Shown here: positions 55,544 to 64,000 of the stretch, piece by piece
Layout: every line of letters starts with the position of its first letter
Numbering within the stretch: position 1 is the first letter of the stretch
From: Bacillota bacterium
GTDB lineage: Bacteria > Sysuimicrobiota > Sysuimicrobiia > Sysuimicrobiales > Segetimicrobiaceae
Direction: 5' to 3'
DNA: 64,000 nucleotides
Assembly (NCBI GenBank): GCA_021324295.1
Contig: JAJPJJ010000032.1
Coordinates: forward strand, 12,919-76,918
The notes under the pieces: model-generated
What the model was told of the DNA's origin: nothing
Seen by the model: the letters and a program-made list of their open reading frames with translations, nothing else
Databases searched by the model: none
Made by a program: the position numbers and the translations under genes

Positions 55544-56569
55544 CTAACGATCAGAGAGAGCCCCGGCGGTCCTTCCCCGCAGGTAGTCGCACCCGGCGTC
55601 GATGACCCGCCGCACCTCGGCCTCCTCGGTGGAGACCGGCTGGAGGATCGGGAGGCGCACGCCCGCCTCCGCGTAGGCCGCGAGGCGCTCGAGCACGTCG
55701 TCGGCCGTGCCCGCCAGCGTGAAGACGTCGAGGAGGTCGTCCCCCACCTGCCGGGAGGCGCCGGCGAGATCGCCGCGCCAGAACGCGTCGGCGATGCCGC
55801 GCTTCGCGGCGGGGTCCACGCCGCTTTCGGCGAGCACGCGATCCTCGATCACCGCGAGCTGGTAGACGACGAAGGGATCGCGCCGCATCGCGTCACGGGC
55901 CGCGTCCCGGTCACGGTCCACCGCGCAGAGGATGTACGCCGCGGCATCGACGGCGTCCGCGGGCCGGCCGTGCGCGACCGCTGCCGCCTGCACCGCGCCG
56001 ATCAGGCGCCGGCACGAGGCCGGCGATTCGACCGGGCGGGCGAGATATCCCTCGCAGAGCTCGCCGGCGAGCCGCAGCATGCGCGGCCCCCAACCGGCGA
56101 GGTAGACCGGGATCGGGCGCGCGGGCCGGACGGTGACCGCCACGTTCGTCAGGGCGAAGCGTCCGCCGGCCTCGGTTACCTTCTCCCCCTGCCAGAGGCG
56201 CCGCACCAGGGTGATGCTCTCCCGCATCGTCGCGATCGGGTGCGGGTACGCGATGCCCTGCTCCCGCAGCCGCGCCGGGTAGCCCGTCCCGAGCCCCATC
56301 GCCACGCGCCCGCCGCTCAGCTCGTCGAGCGTGGCCAGCGAGGATGCGATCAGGACCGGATGCCGGGTGTAGGGGTTGATGCAGCCCGTGCCGAGCCCCA
56401 GCCGCTCGGTGCTGACCGCGATCGCCGACAGGTAGGTCAGCGCGTCGCGGTTCCAGTACGCCTCGTGGAGCCAGCACGACTCGAAGCCGTGCCCCTCCGC
56501 GTACCGGGCGTACTCGACGGCCCGGCGGACCGGGAGGTTGCCGTTGAGACCGAGCGCGATGCGGCTCAC
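55544..56569 (-). CDS. LLM-class F420/flavin-dependent oxidoreductase (Mer-like)
   Basis: MSRIALGLNGNLPVRRAVEYARYAEGHGFESCWLHEAY…; luciferase-like pattern. Its start overlaps the upstream M16 gene by 4 nt. Confidence 0.75.
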   Translation of the reverse strand: MSRIALGLNGNLPVRRAVEYARYAEGHGFESCWLHEAYWNRDALTYLSAIAVSTERLGLGTGCINPYTRHPVLIASSLATLDELSGGRVAMGLGTGYPARLREQGIAYPHPIATMRESITLVRRLWQGEKVTEAGGRFALTNVAVTVRPARPIPVYLAGWGPRMLRLAGELCEGYLARPVESPASCRRLIGAVQAAAVAHGRPADAVDAAAYILCAVDRDRDAARDAMRRDPFVVYQLAVIEDRVLAESGVDPAAKRGIADAFWRGDLAGASRQVGDDLLDVFTLAGTADDVLERLAAYAEAGVRLPILQPVSTEEAEVRRVIDAGCDYLRGRTAGALSDR

Positions 56570-57888
56570 GCGGGGACCGCCGTGGCGACGGTGTACCCGT
56601 CCAACCGGAAGTAACGGCGGGCCGCCGCGCCGATCTGCTCGGGCGTCACGGCGCGGATGAGGCCGGGATAGCGGAGGAGGTAGTCGAGGCCCAGGTCGAA
56701 CAGCTCGATCTCCAGCAGCGCCTGCGCGATGCCGGCGTCGGTCTCCAGCCGCACCGCGAGCGACCCGGTCAGGTACTCCTGCGCATCATGCAGCTCGCCG
56801 TCACGCACAGGCTCCCGCTGCACGCCCGCGATCTCCCGCAGGATGCCCTCGATCGCGCGGTCCACGTTCCGCGGATTCACGCCGGCACGCACGACCCACG
56901 GCCCGGGCAGGAACCCTGCCTCCGCGTGGCTGAAGACGTAGTAAGCGAGCCCCTCCTCGTCGCGCACCGTCGCGCCGAGGCGCCCCATCAGCCCCAGGCG
57001 TCCGAGGATCAAGTCCGCCATCATCCCCGCGTAGTAATCCGGGCTCGTGCGGCTGAACCCCGGCACCCCCAGCACGATATCGGCCTGACTCTTGCCGGGG
57101 ATCGCAAGCGTGCGGCGCTGCACGGCGGGCGCGGGGGCCGCCGGAGGGATCACGACCGGCCCTGGCGGCGGGGCGCCCCGCCAGCCGTCCAAAGCGGAGG
57201 CGAGGTGCTCCAGGATCCGCGGCGCCGCCACGTCGCCGACGATCGCCACAACGGCCTTCTCGGGGCGGTACCAGGTCCGGTGGAAGGCGACGAGATCGTC
57301 GCGCGTGATCGCCGCCACGGTCTCCTCCTCGCCTTCGGGCGTTCGGCGATGAGGGTGGGCGGACGAATACGCGGCCGCGCGGAACGCCTTCTCGGCGGCC
57401 GCGCGGGTATCGTGGCGGGCCTCGCGGATCCCGGTGACGATCCGGGCCCGCTGCTTCTCGATCTCGTCTGGGGGAAACGTCGGTCGGACGAGCACCTCCG
57501 CGAGCAGATCGATGAGCTGCGTGACGTCCTCGGCCAGGCACCGCGCGGCGAACGACACACCCTCGATGTCCGCGCGAACGCTCAGGCTGGCGCCGAGCGA
57601 GTCCAGCATCAGCGCCAGGCTCTCCGATGTGTGCATCGTGGTCCCGCGCGTCACCATCGACGCGGCGAACATCGCGAGGCCCTCCCGGCCGGGCGGGTCG
57701 TGCAGCGCGCCGCCGTCGAGGTACCCCCGGATCGCCACGGACGGGGTAGCCCGGGTCTCGCGGATCAGGGCGACGGCTCCCCCGCCGAAGGCCTGCCGCA
57801 CGACCGACTCGGGCGTGATCGGGACCGCGGGAGCGCGGACCCCGGTGCGCGGGTCGAGGCGAGGGCCGGGCTCACGCATCGACGGCAC
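56566..57888 (-). CDS. M16-family peptidase, non-catalytic partner subunit
   Basis: M16 two-domain architecture but no HxxEH motif. Overlaps the preceding M16 gene by 17 nt. Confidence 0.75.
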   Translation of the reverse strand: MPSMREPGPRLDPRTGVRAPAVPITPESVVRQAFGGGAVALIRETRATPSVAIRGYLDGGALHDPPGREGLAMFAASMVTRGTTMHTSESLALMLDSLGASLSVRADIEGVSFAARCLAEDVTQLIDLLAEVLVRPTFPPDEIEKQRARIVTGIREARHDTRAAAEKAFRAAAYSSAHPHRRTPEGEEETVAAITRDDLVAFHRTWYRPEKAVVAIVGDVAAPRILEHLASALDGWRGAPPPGPVVIPPAAPAPAVQRRTLAIPGKSQADIVLGVPGFSRTSPDYYAGMMADLILGRLGLMGRLGATVRDEEGLAYYVFSHAEAGFLPGPWVVRAGVNPRNVDRAIEGILREIAGVQREPVRDGELHDAQEYLTGSLAVRLETDAGIAQALLEIELFDLGLDYLLRYPGLIRAVTPEQIGAAARRYFRLDGYTVATAVPA

Positions 57889-59284
57889 CCCGGCCGGGGG
57901 CGGCCCCTGCCCCGCCAGCGGTGGATCGCCGCTCGGACGCGTCGCTGCGGGCCACGCCGGCGGCGGTCGAGATCGCCACCGGCTCCTCGGCGGCGCGATC
58001 GGGGAAGTACCAGCCGACCGTCCGGTTGCGGTCGGTGAACGTGCGCGCGGCCACCTCCAGGATCTGGGCCGGCGTTACGGCCAGCAGGCGGTCCCAGAAA
58101 CGCGCGAGGAACTCGCCGCCCGCCACGATCTCCGTGCTGCCGAGCAGCACGGCCTGCTGCGAGACCCCGTCGCAGGCGTACACCCACTGGGCGCGGGCCT
58201 GCTTGCGCACCTTGTCCAGCTCGCCGGCGCCCACCGGTTCTTCGCTGATGCGGCGGAGCTCCGCGAGGATCGCCTCCTCGACCTGCTCGGGCGGCACGCC
58301 CGGCCGCAGCGTGGCGCCGATCTCCAAGAGCGTGGGATCCAGCGACGGCCGGAACGCGCTCCCCACCTCGACGGCAAGCTGCCGCTCCACGAGGGCCCGG
58401 TACAGCCGGCTGCTGCGCGCGCCGATCGCTTCGCCGCCGAAGACGCCGGGTCCCTTGAACCCCGACAGCACGCCGTCCACCAGGAGCAGCGGGAAGAAGT
58501 CCGGGTGGGAGGCCGCGGGCGCGTGGAACGCCATCTGCACGATGGGAACAGCTCCCCCCGGCCGGCGGAGCACCACGCGCCGTTCGCCCTCCTGGGGAGG
58601 CTCGACGGTGCGGACCGGCGGCGGCGGAGGCCCGGCGGGGATCGGCTCGAACGCCGCGCGGATCTCCCGCAGCAGCGCGTCGCTGTCGAAGTCCCCGACG
58701 GCCACCACCACGGCGTTGTTCGGCGTGTAGTACGTGCGGTAGTGACGGATCAGGTCGTCGCGCGTGATCGCCCGCAGGTCGCTCTTGTAGCCGATGACCG
58801 CATGCCGGTAGGAGTGCACCCGGTAGGCGGCGGCTTCCACCTCTTCGTACAGCGCATAATCCGGGTTGTTCTCGGCGCCCTCCCGCTCGGAGATGATCAC
58901 CGTGCGCTCGCTCTCGACTTCATCCGGCTCGAACAGGCTGTTGACCATGCGGTCCGATTCGATCCGGACGCCGAGCCCCACGTGCGCCGCGGGCAGGGTT
59001 TCGAAGTAGGCGGTGAAGTCCTTCCACGTGAACCCGTTCCAGGTGCCGCCGTGGCGGTTGACGAGGCGCGAGAACTCCCCCTTGCCCAGCGTCGGGGTGC
59101 CCTTGAACAGCATGTGCTCCACCCAGTGGGAGATGCCGGTGATCCCCGGCACCTCGTTCCGGCTCCCGACGCGATACCACGCCCAGAACGTGGCCACCGG
59201 GGCCGTGTGCACCTCGCGCAGCAGCACCGCGAGGCCGTTGGGGAGCACGGCCCGGACCGTGGGCGTCGGTGGTGTCGGGGTCAT
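57872..59284 (-). CDS. M16-family zinc peptidase, catalytic subunit (inverzincin HxxEH)
   Basis: ATG 59284..59282 verified. …GISHWVEHMLFKGT… carries the HxxEH zinc motif. The upstream 64 aa of the track ORF is low complexity. Confidence 0.8.
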   Translation of the reverse strand: MTPTPPTPTVRAVLPNGLAVLLREVHTAPVATFWAWYRVGSRNEVPGITGISHWVEHMLFKGTPTLGKGEFSRLVNRHGGTWNGFTWKDFTAYFETLPAAHVGLGVRIESDRMVNSLFEPDEVESERTVIISEREGAENNPDYALYEEVEAAAYRVHSYRHAVIGYKSDLRAITRDDLIRHYRTYYTPNNAVVVAVGDFDSDALLREIRAAFEPIPAGPPPPPVRTVEPPQEGERRVVLRRPGGAVPIVQMAFHAPAASHPDFFPLLLVDGVLSGFKGPGVFGGEAIGARSSRLYRALVERQLAVEVGSAFRPSLDPTLLEIGATLRPGVPPEQVEEAILAELRRISEEPVGAGELDKVRKQARAQWVYACDGVSQQAVLLGSTEIVAGGEFLARFWDRLLAVTPAQILEVAARTFTDRNRTVGWYFPDRAAEEPVAISTAAGVARSDASERRSTAGGAGAAPGRGAVDA

Positions 59285-59333
59285 CGTCTCTCCCTCGTGG
59301 CGATCTCGGTGAGGACGCGCGGGGGCGCCGCGG

Positions 59334-59804
59334 CTACGCGACCTTCTTGACTGCCGCCTCGACCTCGTCGTACGGGGGCTCGACGCCAGGGTTGTCCGAC
59401 ACCCACGTGTAGACGACCCTGCCGTCCTTGTCGAGCACGAACACCGACCGCTTCGCGATCCCGTCCAGCAGGCCAAGGAAGCTGGGATCGTACACGCCGT
59501 ACGCCTTCATCGCCTGGTGGTTGAAGTCGCTGAGCAGGGCAAACGACAGGTTGTGCTGCTTGGCGAACTCCGCCTGCACGAAGGGCGTGTCGGCGCTGAT
59601 CCCGACGACCTCCGCGCCGAGCGCAGCGAACCGGCCCAAGTCGTCCCGGAAGCGGCACATCTCCCTCGTGCAGGTGCCGGTGAACGCGGCGGGAAAGAAC
59701 GCGAGCACCGTCGGCTTGCCGCGCAGGTCGCTGATCTTGACCTGCCGGCGGTCTTGGCTCACGAGAATCGCCTCCGGTGCCTGCTGGCCCACCTGCACTG
59801 GCAT
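59334..59804 (-). CDS. Peroxiredoxin (AhpC/TSA-Bcp-like thiol peroxidase)
   Basis: ATG 59804..59802 has a perfect AGGAGG six nt upstream. …GKPTVLAFFPAAFTGTCTREMC… carries the peroxidatic Cys motif (T-x-x-C). Confidence 0.8.
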   Translation of the reverse strand: MPVQVGQQAPEAILVSQDRRQVKISDLRGKPTVLAFFPAAFTGTCTREMCRFRDDLGRFAALGAEVVGISADTPFVQAEFAKQHNLSFALLSDFNHQAMKAYGVYDPSFLGLLDGIAKRSVFVLDKDGRVVYTWVSDNPGVEPPYDEVEAAVKKVA

Positions 59805-59870
59805 GCACGTCCTCCTGGGACCCCCGCGCGCCTGCGGCGGCGCCGCCGGGAGAAAGTGGACGTACATTCA

Positions 59871-59898
59871 ATTATAGCGTATAGCGCGTAGAGGCCAA
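59871..59898 (-). promoter_or_regulatory. Near-consensus sigma70-type promoter driving the peroxiredoxin gene (and possibly the long minus-strand run)
   Basis: On the minus strand: TTGGCC (59898..59893), a 16-nt spacer, then a perfect TATAAT (59876..59871), inside an AT-rich patch. About 60 nt upstream of the Prx start. Confidence 0.35.
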
Positions 59899-59964
59899 AC
59901 GTGCCGGGGGATGGGCGGATTCCCTCTCGACGCCGCCCGCTCGGAGCCCCGCCCGGCCCGTGGT

Positions 59965-61320
59965 CTAGGCCACCTCCGCGAACCGTTCCAGGAGGTGCGC
60001 CATCAACACGATCGTCTCCCGAAAGTCGCTCGCGCGGACGTTCTCGTCGGGCGCGTGGGCCCGGCTGTTCCAGTACCCGCCGCCCACGCTCACGAGGGGG
60101 ATGCCCAGGACCGGGCCGAGGTCGTGCATCGGGCCGGTCCCCGCAGACGTCGGGTAGAGCAGCGTCTCCCGGCCGGTCGCGTGGGCGACGGCGTCGCGCA
60201 CCGTCTCCACGAACGGGTCCTCCAGGTCCGTGCGCCACGGGAACTCCGCGGCGAGCACGCGGAGCCCGACATCGGTGAACCCATGGGCGTCCAGGTGCCG
60301 GCGGACAGCCTGGGCGACCTCGTGCGGGTCCTGGTCGGGGACGAGGCGGAAGTCCACCTTGGCGCGCGCGACGCGGGGCAGCACGGTCTTCGCGCCCTGC
60401 CCCGTGTATCCGCCCCACAGGCCGCAGATCGTGCACGTCGGCGCGAGCAGGAGCTGCCGCACCGCGGCCGAAGCGTCCGGGTCGCCGATCAGCCGCCGCA
60501 CGCCGACCTGCTGCTGCACGGCGCTCACGACGTCCGGCGGGATCCGACGGATCGCCTCCTCCTCGGCGGGCGTCGGGGGGCGGACCCGGTCGTAGTGGCC
60601 GGGGATCAGGACGCGCCCGGACGGGTCTTTGAGCGTGCTGAGGGCCCACGCCAGGCGGAAGCCGGCGCCTTCGATGATCGCGCCGAGCGACGAGTGCAGG
60701 TCGACGTTCGCCGTGGTGGCCTCGAGCTCCAGGTAGCACAGGCCCTTCATCCCGCAGACGATGTGCATCCGCTCCTCGTGGTCGCGCTCGCCATACTCCC
60801 AGACGCACGCGTCGGCCCGCAGCACCTCGACGTGCGCCCGCGTGATGGCGCCGAAGTGCACGCTCCCGATCTCCTCCTCGCCCTCGACCGCGAACTTCAC
60901 GCGACAGGGGAGCGCGCCCCGGGCGGCGCGTAGCGCCCGCAGCGCGGCGATGCGGGTCACGAGGTCCCCCTTGTTGTCGGAGACGCCCCGCCCGAGCAGC
61001 AGGCCGTCCCGCTCCGTCAGATCGAACGGCGGGACGCTCCACTCGTCGAGCGGCTCCGCGGGCTGCACATCGTAGTGGTTGTAGAAGAGGAGCGTCCTCG
61101 GCGACCGCCCGTCGAACTCCGCGGTGACGACCGGGTTCGCGCCCTCGTGCTCGAGCACGTGCACGTGCCCGCCCGCCTCCCGCAACAGCTCGCTCGTCGC
61201 CTGCACCGCCTCGGGGATGCCCTGCCGCTGCGCCGCGACCGAGGGAATCCGCACCAGCCGGCGCAGATCCGCAACTGCCCTGGGGATCTCCCGATCGACG
61301 CACGCCCGAAGCGCCTCCAC
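59965..61320 (-). CDS. M20-family metallopeptidase (ArgE/DapE/dipeptidase or desuccinylase type)
   Basis: …LLFYNHYDVQPAEPLDEWSVPPFDLTERDGLLLGRGVSDNKGDL… with the H…D…E metal-ligand pattern of M20. Confidence 0.8.
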   Translation of the reverse strand: MEALRACVDREIPRAVADLRRLVRIPSVAAQRQGIPEAVQATSELLREAGGHVHVLEHEGANPVVTAEFDGRSPRTLLFYNHYDVQPAEPLDEWSVPPFDLTERDGLLLGRGVSDNKGDLVTRIAALRALRAARGALPCRVKFAVEGEEEIGSVHFGAITRAHVEVLRADACVWEYGERDHEERMHIVCGMKGLCYLELEATTANVDLHSSLGAIIEGAGFRLAWALSTLKDPSGRVLIPGHYDRVRPPTPAEEEAIRRIPPDVVSAVQQQVGVRRLIGDPDASAAVRQLLLAPTCTICGLWGGYTGQGAKTVLPRVARAKVDFRLVPDQDPHEVAQAVRRHLDAHGFTDVGLRVLAAEFPWRTDLEDPFVETVRDAVAHATGRETLLYPTSAGTGPMHDLGPVLGIPLVSVGGGYWNSRAHAPDENVRASDFRETIVLMAHLLERFAEVA

Positions 61321-61497
61321 GCCACGCCCTCCGTGACCCTCGTCGTGTCCCCTCAGAGATTGGCGGGCCGCGGCGCGTTTCCCTCGCCGCGCGCAGCGCC
61401 GTCCCCGGTCGCCGGGGAGGGAGCCTGTCCGGCGGGGCGGAATCTTGTGGGGGCGCCGCGCACCGGCGATTCGCGCCAGGCAGAGAGGTTGAACACG

Positions 61498-62550
61498 ATG
61501 GACACCCTCCCCGTCCTGCAGTCGCTATCCAATGCCTTTGGTGTCTCCGGCTTCGAAGACGACGTCCGGGGCGTCATCGAGCGACACGTCGCCCCGTTCG
61601 CCGACAGCGTGCGGACCGATGTGCTCGGCAACCTGATCGTGACCCGCCACGGACGACGCGAGCGCACGCTGATGCTCGATGCGCACATGGACGAGGTCGG
61701 GTTGATGATCAACCACGTGGAGGACGACGGGTTCCTGCGCTTCACGACGATCGGCGGCTGGGATCCGCGGGTCCTCGTCGCCCACGCGGTGACGATCCGC
61801 ACGCGATCCGGCGCGACGGTGCGCGGGGTGATCGGCAGCCTCCCGCCCCACATCCTCACCGCCGAGGAGCGCGAGAAGCCGGTTCCGGTGGACGGCATGT
61901 TCATCGACGTGGGTGCCCGCTCCGCCGAGGAGGTCACCCGCTGGGGCATCCGGCTCGGGGATCCGGCCGTGCTCGCGTACCCGTGCGAGCCCCTGCGGGA
62001 CGGGACCGTCCTCGGTAAGGCGCTCGACGACCGCGCCGGGTGCGCCGTGATGGTAGCCGTCCTCGAGCGCCTGGCGAGGGAGACGCTCGACCTGACGCTC
62101 GTGTGCAACTTCGCGGCCGGCGAGGAGGTCGGCGCGCGCGGCGCCCGGACGGCCGCGTACCAGATCATGCCTGAGCTGGCCCTGGCGATCGAAGGGACCA
62201 TCGCCGCGGACGTGCCCGGCGTCTCCGGGCCCCGCCGGCTGACCCGCCTGGGGGCGGGCCCTGCGATCACGCTCGCCGACCGGTCCCTGATCGTGAGCCC
62301 CCGGTTCGTCCAGGCGCTGGAGCGCGTCGCCGAGGAGCACCGCATCCCGTACCAGTACAAGCGGCCGGCCTTCGGGGGAACCGATGCGGGCGCGATCCAC
62401 ACCAGCGGCGGCGGCGTCCTGGCCGGTGCCGTCTCGGTGCCGTGCCGCTACATCCATGCCCCGCTCGGCCTGCTGCGCCTCAGCGATGTCGAGGAGACCA
62501 TCCGGCTGGTGACGGCGTTCGTCGCGGATGCGGACCGGCTCTTCGAGTGA
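61498..62550 (+). CDS. M42-family aminopeptidase (FrvX/glutamyl-aminopeptidase-like)
   Basis: ATG 61498 after an AGAGAGG RBS. MDTLPVLQSLSNAFGVSGFEDDVRGVIERHV…LMLDAHMDEVGLMI…KALDDRAGCAVM… are M42 signatures. Confidence 0.8.
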   Translation: MDTLPVLQSLSNAFGVSGFEDDVRGVIERHVAPFADSVRTDVLGNLIVTRHGRRERTLMLDAHMDEVGLMINHVEDDGFLRFTTIGGWDPRVLVAHAVTIRTRSGATVRGVIGSLPPHILTAEEREKPVPVDGMFIDVGARSAEEVTRWGIRLGDPAVLAYPCEPLRDGTVLGKALDDRAGCAVMVAVLERLARETLDLTLVCNFAAGEEVGARGARTAAYQIMPELALAIEGTIAADVPGVSGPRRLTRLGAGPAITLADRSLIVSPRFVQALERVAEEHRIPYQYKRPAFGGTDAGAIHTSGGGVLAGAVSVPCRYIHAPLGLLRLSDVEETIRLVTAFVADADRLFE

Positions 62551-62578
62551 CCCCGCGCTCCCCGTCCCCGGGTATGCG

Positions 62579-63433
62579 GTGCGCCCCATCACCGACCGGG
62601 AGACCCTACGCCGGTGCGAGGACCTCCAGATGGCCGTCTGGGGCATGGGCGACCGGGAGACGGTCCCCTTCAATCAGCTCCTGGCGGCGACGGCGGCGGG
62701 CGGGCTCGTCATCGGCGCCTTCGACGCGGCCGGCGCCCTGGTCGGCTTCGCGTACGCGTTCCCCGGATACCGCGAGGGGCGCCCGCTGTGGTACTCGCAC
62801 ATGACCGGCGTGCTCCCGGCGCATCGAGGTCGCGGGCTCGGGCTCCGCCTCAAATGTGCCCAGCGCGACGCGGCCCTCGCCGCGGGCGTCGAGCGAATCG
62901 TCTGGACCTACGACCCGTTGCAGGCGGCGAACGCGCGCTTCAACGTCGGCCGGCTGGGGGTGGTGGCGTCGCGATACCACGTGGACTACTACGGCGCGAT
63001 GACGGACGCGATCAACGAGGGGCTGCCGAGCGACCGGCTCGAGGTGGATTGGTGGCTCCGCTCGCCGCGGGTGGCGGCCCGGATCGCCGCCGCGCTCGCG
63101 GGACGCCCGCGTCCGCCGCGGCTCGCCGGCGGCCCATGGGCGCTGGCCGCAACGGGCGCGGGCTCCCTGGCGCCGCCTGGGCCCCCGGCCCTCGACCTGT
63201 CCGCGCCTGCGATCCTCGCCGAGATCCCGCCCGACGTGGCGCGCCTCAAGAGGGAGGCCCCGGCGACTGCGGTCCGGTGGCGGGAGGCCACGCGGGCCGT
63301 GCTCCGGCACTACTTCGGCCGCGGGTACGCCGTCACCGAGGCGGGCCGGTATCCCGGCGAGGACGGCCCCCGCGCCGTGTACCTTCTGACCACCGGGGGG
63401 AACCCACCCGCGGAGGGAGGCGCGCCCGCATGA
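62579..63433 (+). CDS. GNAT-family N-acyltransferase
   Basis: GTG 62579, just after the M42 stop. Acetyl-CoA-binding motif …HMTGVLPAHRGRGLGLRLKCAQRDAALAAG…. The track ORF from 62528 overlaps the M42 gene. Confidence 0.55.
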   Translation: MRPITDRETLRRCEDLQMAVWGMGDRETVPFNQLLAATAAGGLVIGAFDAAGALVGFAYAFPGYREGRPLWYSHMTGVLPAHRGRGLGLRLKCAQRDAALAAGVERIVWTYDPLQAANARFNVGRLGVVASRYHVDYYGAMTDAINEGLPSDRLEVDWWLRSPRVAARIAAALAGRPRPPRLAGGPWALAATGAGSLAPPGPPALDLSAPAILAEIPPDVARLKREAPATAVRWREATRAVLRHYFGRGYAVTEAGRYPGEDGPRAVYLLTTGGNPPAEGGAPA

Positions 63434-64000
63434 AGATCGAACGCGTCGAGCTGCGGCAGATCCGCATGCCGTACACGTTTCCCTTCGAGACGGCGGTGGA
63501 CCGCGACACCGACAAGGACTGCCTGCTGGTCCGGGCGTGGGCGGACGGCCTGTCCGGCTGGGGCGAGTCGCCGGTGTCGGCGAAGCCCTTCTATAAGGAA
63601 GAGACCGTCGACACGGCGTGGCCGATCCTCACGCAGTTCCTCATCCCGCGGGTACTGGGCCTCAGGTTCGCGCATCCCCATGAGGTCGCGGACCGGCTGC
63701 GTCCGGTCCGCCGGAACTACCTCGCCAAGGCGGGACTCGAGGCCGCCGCGTGGGACATCTACGCACAGGCACACGGCGTCTCGCTCGCCCGCGCGCTCGG
63801 CGGCAGCCGCACGCGGATCGCGGTCGGGATGAGCGTCGGGATCGAGCCTACGATCGACGCGCTGCTCGGCCGGATCGAGACCTGGCTCGCCCAGGGCTAC
63901 CGGCGGATCAAGGTGAAGATCAAGCCGGGGTTCGACCGCGAAGTCGTCGCGGCGATCCGGCGCCGGTTCGGGCCGATCCCGCTGCAGGTCGACGCCAACA
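63430..64000 (+). CDS. Enolase-superfamily enzyme (o-succinylbenzoate synthase / N-succinyl-amino-acid racemase / MLE subgroup), 5' part; continues past the window edge
   Basis: ATG 63430 overlaps the GNAT stop as ATGA. MKIERVELRQIRMPYTFPFETAVDRDTDKDCLLVRAWADGLSGWGES… and …IKVKIKPG…LQVDAN… (KxK motif) are enolase-superfamily markers. Not in the ORF track because there is no stop in the window. Confidence 0.7.
   Translation, partial: MKIERVELRQIRMPYTFPFETAVDRDTDKDCLLVRAWADGLSGWGESPVSAKPFYKEETVDTAWPILTQFLIPRVLGLRFAHPHEVADRLRPVRRNYLAKAGLEAAAWDIYAQAHGVSLARALGGSRTRIAVGMSVGIEPTIDALLGRIETWLAQGYRRIKVKIKPGFDREVVAAIRRRFGPIPLQVDAN

Overview
This 64-kb window is very GC-rich (roughly 70%) and densely coding. 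I support about 58 protein-coding genes, two gene remnants or pseudogenes and one partial gene at each edge; I saw no rRNA, tRNA, CRISPR array, IS element or phage-like gene. Many adjacent genes overlap at ATGA/GTGA start-stop junctions. Because of the GC content the six-frame track is full of long Arg/Gly/Pro-rich shadow ORFs, which I did not call.

Gene content suggests a high-GC F420-using bacterium, possibly Actinobacteria- or Chloroflexi-like; this is inference from a stand-alone CofE and three luciferase-like F420/flavin oxidoreductases, and I cannot place it more firmly. All protein-family assignments below come from reading the translated ORFs against remembered family motifs; nothing was searched.

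Modules, left to right:
1. 0.3–13.2 kb: MFS transporter, then a TctC / TctA-TctB(fused) transporter, an amidohydrolase-2 enzyme, a UbiD-family decarboxylase, a small PNPOx-like FMN-binding protein and a TAT substrate-binding protein (SBP). A degraded Mo-hydroxylase gene remnant sits in the 470-nt gap that follows. After it come a bicupin ring-cleavage-type dioxygenase and, divergently, UbiX – type-2 IPP isomerase – gamma-CA/PaaY-like protein. I read this as an aromatic or carboxylated-acid decarboxylation island with its own prFMN cofactor supply.
2. 13.4–19.7 kb: carbohydrate-type ABC SBP plus two permeases (no ATPase), a metal amidohydrolase, a 400-aa protein I cannot classify, and an SDR.
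3. 19.8–21.8 kb: OmpR-type response regulator and histidine kinase.
4. 21.8–23.4 kb: NitT/TauT-type ABC permease and ATPase. The matching NMT1-like SBP is 12 kb away at 8.1 kb.
5. 23.5–25.4 kb: CoxG-like SRPBCC protein and a second MFS transporter.
6. 25.4–32.7 kb: one minus-strand operon, coxS–coxL–coxM (Mo-hydroxylase) – nitronate monooxygenase-like – 2-oxoacid dehydrogenase E1alpha – E1beta. No E2/E3 or Mo-cofactor insertion chaperone is present.
7. 32.9–36.7 kb: DinB-family protein; a VAO/PCMH-family flavoprotein split by an in-frame TAG at a conserved Glu codon; a translationally coupled GlcF-like CCG iron-sulfur protein.
8. 36.7–47.6 kb: a nine-gene plus-strand run, livK-H-M-G-F – panE/apbA-like reductase – iclR – two-subunit 2-oxoacid:ferredoxin oxidoreductase (fused gamma-alpha, beta) – PaaK-like aryl/acyl-CoA ligase.
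9. 47.7–59.8 kb: twelve minus-strand genes in a row. These are a DmpA peptidase, GYD protein, MBL-fold hydrolase, ABC SBP, a tandem type-1-copper cupredoxin, an F420 block (LLM, CofE, FGD-like LLM, LLM), an M16 peptidase pair and a peroxiredoxin. The peroxiredoxin has a near-consensus promoter and Shine-Dalgarno, unusual for this GC content.
10. 60–64 kb: M20 and M42 peptidases, a GNAT acyltransferase and a partial enolase-superfamily (OSBS/NSAR-like) gene at the right edge.
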